Positions 56,170-64,000 of a DNA stretch of 64,000 bases are shown here, in pieces. The stretch covers positions 1,798,001-1,862,000 of the forward strand of contig OX337240.1 of NCBI GenBank assembly GCA_946965045.2, read 5' to 3'. The stretch comes from Epithemia pelagica (Eukaryota > Protista > Bacillariophyta). Under the pieces are notes generated by a model, which saw only the letters and a program-made list of their open reading frames with translations, did no database searches and was not told where the DNA came from. Both the position numbers and the translations under genes were made by a program. Each line of letters starts with the position of its first letter. Position 1 is the stretch's first letter.

Positions 56170-58302
56170 TCATGAAAAACGATGAAAGAAGTCTTTGTCA
56201 AAGTTGGTTTTGGAAAAGTCCTCCAGTGAAATTGGATCGATACCATTGTCGTCGTCCTTGCCTTCATCCATTGCCTCTTCATATTGGCCATGGACTTGTA
56301 AATTGGCTTCTGCACTTGGTCCGATTGGACGAGGCTCCATCCACGAAAGGTCAGGGAACCCGTTCTCATCTTCTTCGGGCTGCGTTTCTGAGACATTAAG
56401 CCAGTTGGTAGGAGAAGAGTCTGAGGTGGTCACATTGTTGTTCCTGGCAGAAGTACAAGCCACTGTAGTACCAGAAACACACGGAGCAGGAGCAATACCA
56501 GGAACTGTGCCAAAAGATGCTTGTGCAGATGGGCAGCTGTGATCCAAGAACGGATTAGACACCAGTGATGGAGAAGGAAAATTTCTGTTGAAATTGCTGA
56601 TGTCAGAGGCTTGTGTGCCAATGAAAACACTTGACGATGAATCAAGAGATGGCAATTCTCCGATCGCAAGAGGACAATCTGGTGCGAGACTTCCTCTGTC
56701 AACTGGTGGATGGAGAATGTTTAGTCTCTCCAGAGCAGTCGTTCTCCCGGATCCCGCTCGAGGACCTCTTGGTACGTCGTTCAAGACAGAAGACGTATCC
56801 TCGACAGGGATATCTTTCGTCATACCAGTGACGGACGTTAAAGTTCCCGTTTTTTCGTATTGCGTGGACATGCCAGTTCTCACACTAATGGCACCTGTAG
56901 AAGTGTCGGTGCGAGCAGGTACTGATCCTACCTCTCGTGTCTCAAATACGTCAGAGAATGTGTGTCGGGTCGCCGGCAGCTTTCTATTGTCGTTCACCGT
57001 TTGTGGAAGCTGAAGATGCTGTGAGACGTATTGGTGTTCCAGTGAATTTGGATGGTGATTCCCGATGGAGGAATTTAGGTGGGCCGGGAAAGCGGCCGCT
57101 TCTTCTGGGAAAAGGCTCGGATTAGAAAAGGACGGCTGGTATTGCAAGGTTGCTGCATCGCGTCGCTGTTGCTGTAATAGTCGCAGCATTCGCTGTTCCT
57201 GCAGCACGTTCTGATGGTGTTGCTGTTCTACACCATCGCCAAAAAGAACTGATGATGCCGGCCCCGGTGTGCCATAAAAGTTCCTATGACTCAAACGGGG
57301 AGGATCAAAAGATACAAACTGAACTTGTTCCAGCACTGGTCTTTCCCCTGGAGAACTCGAAGACGTATCGGGAGCAGACATATCTGGGGCAGAGCGGACT
57401 CCACGTAACTGGATCGATAAGGCACTTTCAGGATGTCCCAGTGATGTCGTGTTCATTTCTTCGATATCCTCCGGTACCGGAGGAACGGTACCAACACTTT
57501 GGACCCCTGGTGTAGGCACCTTTTGTTCCTCGTCATCATCTTCTTCGGAGGAGGAGCGGTTTGAGACATTCATACAAGCTTACTGGTATTCTTTCATTTC
57601 CGCTTTGTATCTGTTTGCGTCTTCCCGGGCTAAGGCCTTGAGGCGTTTGAGTTCTTCCGGGTCAATTTTTTTCCATCGAGCACCTATCATTTTCGCCAGC
57701 TCCTCAAACGAAATTTTGGCCTTTCTCTTTTTGCGGCGACGACGGCTTGTTTTCTTTGGTTGAGGTGCTGGGAGTTCTCGGGTTCGCTGTTCGAGGATAA
57801 GTTCTCGTTGCTCTCGGAAGAACAAATTGTACGCTGAAAGCGGTCGGCGGGGCAACTCCAGAGGCTTTTTTGATCGCCCAGTATCGCTATCTGGGGACGA
57901 CCTCTCTGCCTTTGCCGAGCTCAATTTTTTCTCTTGCTTTGACTCGTCGCCGTCGCTTCCATTACTGGCACCTCCAATAGAGCCACTGTCCACCTTGCTT
58001 GTTGTGTCAGCACCTGTGGCATTTCCGCTTTGCATTGATGATATATTCGGTTTTCCATCCTCGATCCTTAACTTCTTGTCCATTGCTCCTAAAGTAGGCA
58101 AGCTTGTTTTATAACCTTCTGGTAAAACCAGTAAGGAAGTAAGTAAATTCATGGATGTGAATGTCGCCATTAGAGTGGTTTTGTGAGGCGATTCAAACAA
58201 GTTTTTGGAGCTCACGCTTGCTTCCAGTACCAACGACGCGGTAGTTAGTATAGCCTTCATGACGGCAATTGCAGCTGGAATTGCTGCTGCTGCTTCCTGC
58301 AC
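56170..58302 (-). pseudogene. HMG-box transcription factor (copy 2), interrupted by an in-frame TAA at 57580-57582
   Basis: [16 protein letters not shown]...[15 protein letters not shown]; ORFs 57580-58302 and 56170-57573 are in the same frame (EYQ*ACMNV). Confidence 0.75.
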
Positions 58303-59099
58303 AACATGCGCCCAACTTTAGCCCAACCAAGTTCAAGGACACAGTTCCGAACGCTGGAAAGGAGCATTCATGTCCACTTACTCTTTGCTGTCCTGCTTTT
58401 TTTCTCATCCAATAATGGCTTATAGTCGCTCAAGTTCTCGGGACTAGATCCAGGGTGAATCGGTAATAAAAACAGTACCGTCCAGTACTGTATCTAATAT
58501 CTAATATCTTACCATAGAAGCGGTACCGTATGCACCATGGGCGTAGATCGACAATCATTGCCCCTCTCATAAATTCTTCTTCATTCAACATACTCGTACT
58601 CCCCCCCAACTACAAAATAATAATGACGTAATGATCCATTCTCCGCGGTAGACAGTCATTAGACATGTGGGAGACAACTTTCTTTTATTAGGTGATGTGT
58701 TGACGACATCGTTACGACTCTTTACTACGTCGCTACGACATATTGGACGACACGGAGACAGGAGGACGAGTACAGTCACTCGCATTTTCTTGTACTAAGA
58801 TCTAAAACTGCCAAAGAGTGGATTGCTCATATTATTTTATGGTACACGTCAAGGACTACTTGCAATCCTAGAGATGACGAGTGACGAGTCTCAAGGGCTT
58901 TAGAATCAAGGGTACAGGGCTATAATAAAGATGTCTATCAGTGCAAATTATTAAAGCTCACTACAATTACAATAGTAGTACAACGACTACGAGCTCTACG
59001 GATTGCAACTACCGACTACCGACTACCGACACCAAACGACAAACGACTCCCAGACCAAAAATCCGAATCCCAAATCCCAATTGCCTTTGTATTGGAAAC

Positions 59100-59530
59100 A
59101 AAGCGGGAATGAATATCTACTAGGAGTAGGAGTAGGAGTACTAGGAGCATCTACCTACCTAGGAGTAGGTAGGAGTAGGTTTTCAGACCCGAGCGATCGT
59201 TGGAGGCACTTCTCCTACCTCTAGCTACTCCTAGGTACTCCTAGATGCTACGAGTAATTTTTTCATTCATAGCATGCCTCAGGGGTACAGGGTACAGGTA
59301 CCGGAGTCCGGAGTCCGGAGTACGAGTATCAGCAGCTACTCCTAGCTATTTCAGCTATCATTCCTATGAGTTCCGAGTGTCTATCGTTTCAGTTGGGTAC
59401 CGTAGATATCCCATATCCCATACCTACCTAGGAGTAGGAGTAGGAGCTAGGAGTAGCTTCATACTCCCGACTCCCGTACTCCTACTAGAAATATTATACT
59501 CCTAATAATACTCCTCTACCTAGCTAGGAA
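59100..59530. repeat. Low-complexity TAGGAG/CTCCTA/CTAG tract
   Basis: Dense taggagtaggag, ctcctag and tacctaccta motifs in both orientations; no credible ORF. Confidence 0.7.
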
Positions 59531-59947
59531 AGGAGCCATTATTTGCGCTTTCCCAATACCCAATGTACAATCACCAATCACCCATAATTATACTGGTTGC
59601 TGGCTTTCGTTGCTGGTCCCTGTTCCATGTTGTCTACTTCTTGAACTTTCCTCTTCCATAGTGCAGCTGGAACTTGAACATTGAACATGCTTACGACTTA
59701 CCAGTATTCCATCTAACCCTAAACCCTAATCATGATTCCTAACACTCACACCACCTTATTCCTTACTCGCTACTAATATTCTACCGTATTTTGCGGTGTC
59801 GTGTACCCCGGAATGTTCCATTTTCGCGCAGAAGGGGTACAGGACAACGAAAAAAATAAAATAAAATTCCTTTTGAACATACACAATCCAACACAGTCAT
59901 TTTCGCGCCTATTGGAGGGAGAGTCGAGTGCCAAACAAACCTTGACC

Positions 59948-61315
59948 ATGGAGGAGGCGATTTTTCAAGACGAGACTGATGACGACGCTGCTGTTGTCCT
60001 GGTTCCAGTACCACGACAACTGATTACAAACAAGCGTAAGAATGAAATATGTGACAAGGTAAACCGTGCAAAACAACTTGATAGCAACTTCTCACTGAAA
60101 GCATTCGCTCGAGATGAGGGACTCCAACCAAGCCAGATCCGTCGCTGGATGAAGAATCGTACTGCTTTGAAGGCATTTCTGGATGAGTCGAAGAAGGCAA
60201 AATGGAGTATGCACAGTGGTCGTAAATCAAGTTTTAAAGAAGTCGAGAAGCTGATTGCCAAAATCAAGGACCTACGAGAATCCGGAATGCCTGTTTCCAC
60301 AAACATGGCAATTTTGATGGGCTCTCAAATGGATTCCTCCTTCAAAAGAAAGTCCAAGCATTCAAAATATCACATCATGCGCCGCCTTCTTCGTAGTAAT
60401 GGTATTGTGATACGATGCAAAACCCATGAAGCACAGACTCACCCCAAGGAGAAGCAAGAAGAAGCCCGTTTGTTTGTTGAGGCTATTTGCCCACTCATCC
60501 AACAACCCAAGAGAGCAAAGGAATACATTGCCAACATGGACCAAACACCGGTGTTCTTCTCCATGGTTCCCACGACAACCTTGGAGACTCAAGGTTCTCG
60601 AACAGTAAACGTCCGTGCCTCAAGTGGTAGTACAATCCGTGTAACACTGGCTGTCTTCGTCACGGCTGCTGGTGACACTCTCCCTCCCTATATGATATTC
60701 AAGGGCTCTCCTACAGGAAGGATTGCAAAAGAATTGAAGGACAAGGACAAGGGCTATCCTGAAGGAGCGCACTACAGCTGCCAGCCCAAGGCCTGGATGG
60801 ACGAGAGGTGCTGCCTCGAGTGGGTCCAAAAAGTGTTGAAACCGTGGGCAGATTCAGCTCCAGAAGATATTGTGCCTCTCCTGTTATTGGACTCATATAA
60901 ATGCCACCTCCAAGCCAGTGTGCACAATGCTATTGAGGAATGTGGTGTCCACTTGGAATATATTCCTGGTGGATGCACTTCCTTGTGCCAACCTGTGGAC
61001 ATCGGAATCAATAAACCATTGAAAAATCGAATCCGTAGTATGTGGGAGCAATACATGTTAGAAGAAGGCTTACAAGAGGACACAACAAAGCCACCATCTC
61101 GACAGACAGTGGCACAGTGGTGCACCACTGCACTGAAGGAACTTGATGGGGACCTTGTCCGTAATTCTTGGCGCCGTTCTGAAGGGTACAGCTATTTCCC
61201 TGACGAAGAGAAGGAAAGCAGCAATGAAGTTGAAGAATTAGAAGACCTAATGGATGAACTATCAATCTCACATCTTGAGAGTAGTGATGATGATGATGAT
61301 AACTCTTCTACGTAA
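59948..61315 (+). CDS. pogo DDE_1 transposase
   Basis: HTH and CENP-B-like N-terminus; ANMDQTPV, LLLLDSYKCH, QPVDIGIN with 35 residues between the last two Asp; intact. Confidence 0.93.
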   Translation: MEEAIFQDETDDDAAVVLVPVPRQLITNKRKNEICDKVNRAKQLDSNFSLKAFARDEGLQPSQIRRWMKNRTALKAFLDESKKAKWSMHSGRKSSFKEVEKLIAKIKDLRESGMPVSTNMAILMGSQMDSSFKRKSKHSKYHIMRRLLRSNGIVIRCKTHEAQTHPKEKQEEARLFVEAICPLIQQPKRAKEYIANMDQTPVFFSMVPTTTLETQGSRTVNVRASSGSTIRVTLAVFVTAAGDTLPPYMIFKGSPTGRIAKELKDKDKGYPEGAHYSCQPKAWMDERCCLEWVQKVLKPWADSAPEDIVPLLLLDSYKCHLQASVHNAIEECGVHLEYIPGGCTSLCQPVDIGINKPLKNRIRSMWEQYMLEEGLQEDTTKPPSRQTVAQWCTTALKELDGDLVRNSWRRSEGYSYFPDEEKESSNEVEELEDLMDELSISHLESSDDDDDNSST

Positions 61316-61322
61316 GAAAGAT

Positions 61323-61790
61323 TTATGTGCTTGTTTCATTTACATTTGTTTCATCAATCTCTTTTGTTGTGTCTTCTCCATCTGGTGTTTCAAGACGACG
61401 ACGCTTCCTGGGTGGAGTTTTGACCGTTTCGACCAAACAAGCCCGACAAATACCCTTTCCTCTGTGACTCCGGGCTCTCTCATGGGGAAAGGTGGAGTCT
61501 TCCAGGAACTCAGTTACTTGAGCAATTTTTCCATCATATTGGTCCTTCTTCTTCAGCAGGTACCGCGGCAAAAATCCAACCTTGCATCGTTCAACGCCAT
61601 CAGTGATCCAGTAGGCAGCTACCGCAGTCTCCTCTTTTCCAGTAATAAGAATCTGTTCTTTTTTAAATCGTAGCAGCATATCATGCTTTAGGATGCTTCC
61701 ACATATCGTGTGCTCTTCGCATGAGCGTCCGTTGGAAGAGGCCTTGATGCCTACTATTTCAACAATTTCTCCTGTACTTTCGAGACCCAT
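61323..61790 (-). CDS. HIRAN-like domain protein inside the pogo element
   Basis: VEIVGI...GRSCEEH...LLRF...EETAVAAYWITDGVERCKVGFLPR resembles the HIRAN pattern; C-terminal PPRKRRR NLS-like motif; lies between the TIRs. Confidence 0.65.
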   Translation of the reverse strand: MGLESTGEIVEIVGIKASSNGRSCEEHTICGSILKHDMLLRFKKEQILITGKEETAVAAYWITDGVERCKVGFLPRYLLKKKDQYDGKIAQVTEFLEDSTFPHERARSHRGKGICRACLVETVKTPPRKRRRLETPDGEDTTKEIDETNVNETST

Positions 61791-62636
61791 CTTTCGTGCG
61801 ACACACCGATGGAAAGCTCAAAGTACCACGATTCTACGTATATGGGTGAGAACTACGCGTACTGCTATAGGAAAAAGTTACGACACCATGTACCAATTCA
61901 GGGTCAGGGGGGTACAGGACTATGGGGGGTACATCTATCCGCAAAATACGGTAGGTAGTTGACCTGCCGTCTCCCCTCTCTCCTGTTTTTGGTTTTGGGT
62001 ATGGGTAGTTGCCTCTGGGGACTGGGGATTGGGTTTTGCGTTGTTTGTTTTTGCAGCGGTGCTCTGTTTGGAATTCGGAATGTTTGGAATCTGGCGAAGG
62101 ACGAATAATGAGAAATACAACGAAGAATACGAGAAGTAAAAACTACTCTAGGTAGCTAGGTAGTTCTAGTCCTCGTACTTTGCTCTCGTGTTGGTAATGT
62201 ACCTGTGATACTCCCTTGGTTCTTTGTTGGTCTTGTGCATCTCGCATCTTGCACCTTCAAACTTCTAACTTCTAAAAGCTAAAAGTCCTACAAGTCCCTC
62301 TTGGAGGTTGAAGTATGAAGTACCTCCTTTCTACACTTGCTTTTGCTCCTTGCTCTTGCTCCTTGCTCTTGCTCTTGCTACTAGAACTAGAAGTAGGGTA
62401 GTAGTCTGTCGCATACTGTAGGACTCCGAACTACTACCTAGGAGTAACTGCTCCTACCAGGGAGTAGGCGACTCAACGCTAGCTAGAGGTTCCCCCTAGT
62501 TAAAGATGTTGTATGCAATTGTATCATATTCATTCCTGAAATAGATGAGGCTGCTCTGTTATGATGAATTTGTGCCTCTAGTTTACTTCTGAGGAGTACC
62601 ATCGTGTCCTTGATGACCATTCGACCAATATTTAAT

Positions 62637-64000
62637 TTACATATTGTCTCGCAATACTTTCACAACGGATTTGAAAGCAAACCATTCAGGGATATCTTCT
62701 CCTCCACGCAACATTTGACGGAACTTGGTACCCGACAATTTCATAATGTGCAGTCCCTTTTCCTTGGCATCTTCATCCGTGGTGTATCCTTCTTCTTCGG
62801 TATAAACCAAGTTGAGGGAGGGAACGGGCTGCACACCAAGACGTTCGGAATTGGCCTTGGCAATGTCTTGGGCGTCGTAGGCACCATAATAGTCTTCTCC
62901 CGTGATGGAGGACTTGGATCCAGCCATGTCACGACCGACAATGAAATGGGTGCAACCAAAGTTTTTACGGATGATCATGTGTTGGATGGCTTCGCGGGGA
63001 CCGGCCATGTGCATCGAGTAGGGCAAATATTCCCATTGAACACGGGGATTGGCAGTTTCTTCCTTGAGAACTTCATAGGTCTTGTAGCGAACTTCACCGG
63101 AAATATCATCAGCCTATCGTATCAAGATCGATGAAAGGCAAATTACGTCAAACATTGTTCGATAATACAGCATCAAATGTGAGATGAGAGGAATCGGTTG
63201 AAAAAATGTACAAAATGACAAGATGAATGAATTTCGAATACCACTGCACTTTCCCAATGCTTCAACTCTGTGGCACCATAATTCTCTTTTGACGTCGCAC
63301 GACAAGATACAAACAGCACACGTATATACATACCTGAGTAGGTCCACAAGTGGGGTGCACAAGGACAACACCGCCTTCGCCGACAAGTTCGTCATCGAGA
63401 GAACGGGTGAAGAGTTCGTAGTGGGCACGATGGACAGGGTTGCGACATTGGAAGGCCACCACGTCCTTGTCGGCGGGCAAACCAGCACGAACTTCCTTGG
63501 GAGTTTTGCAGGGGAATTCACGAACGGGAAGATTCAAGCCCGTCACTTTTCCACCCATGTAGTACTTTCCTCGTTCGGTGGCCACCATGAGAGAACCAGG
63601 GTGCTCCAATTCAGAGGTTCCGTAGCATTGTTTGCATTCAATGGCCTTGTTGGGTTCGTACTTGTCTGTCAATTCGACAGTGGCAATGGGCAAATCGCCT
63701 TGTTTCAGCAAAATGGTCGTGCCAGGTGCCAAGTCTTCGTCGTCGGTATCAAAGACAACGGGCAAACCAAAGATGGTGCCATCGGGCAATTCCATGTTTT
63801 CAACGACATGGTTGTACATAGCTTCTTCCATGAAACCAGTCAATGGAGTGAATCCACCATTCATGATCAATTCAACATCGCACAATTGACGAGAGGTGGC
63901 TTGCAATTCAACCGTAGCCTTGGCAATGGCAGCCTCCTTTTCTTCGTCAGACGTCAACATCAAATCGACCAATTCTCCACCACCATGAGGAACTTGCTTC
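62637..64000 (-). CDS. sat: ATP sulfurylase (sulfate adenylyltransferase), 5' end off the right edge
   Basis: PHGGGELVDL, VVAFQCRNPVHRAH, HPTCGPTQ, GPREAIQHMIIRKNFGCTHFIVGRDMAG, LSGTKFR; intron 63333-63114 (GTATGT...TAG). Confidence 0.95.

Larger units (their letters stand above)
59784..61951 (+). mobile_element. pogo-superfamily (Tc2/Passer-like, DD35D) DNA transposon with a second gene
   Basis: TIRs CCGTATTTTGCGG-N5-TGTACCCC at both ends, each flanked by TA. Confidence 0.93.

Overview
Eukaryotic, intron-containing genomic DNA, most consistent with a diatom or related stramenopile (inferred from GT-AG introns, a plastid-type signal peptide and CoDi-like copia). Host genes: two paralogous ankyrin-like/TRP-type channel genes (one cut by the window edge), two membrane pyrophosphatases with a Na+-PPase-type signature, two HMG-box genes, CRAL-TRIO, EF-hand/COPI-associated, BSD, B12D/NDUFA4-like, ATP sulfurylase and tRNA-Glu(CTC). 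Four transposable elements have definable ends: (1) a young intact Ty1/copia (2058-8276) with in-frame UGA-plus-hairpin gag-pol junction and an unusual primer site matching the D-arm of initiator tRNA-Met; (2) a decayed tyrosine-recombinase retrotransposon (19152-28101) with a degenerate C5-methyltransferase-like domain and its own in-frame UGA-CGG gag-pol junction; (3) a Mutator-like element (36657-43084) carrying a convergent TET/JBP-like dioxygenase gene and an 8 x 178 bp tandem array; (4) a pogo DD35D element (59784-61951) carrying a convergent HIRAN-like gene. The top candidate for an undescribed system is the MULE + TET/JBP + tandem-array unit, a possible transposon-encoded anti-silencing module. 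All domain calls are from motif reading, not database searches.
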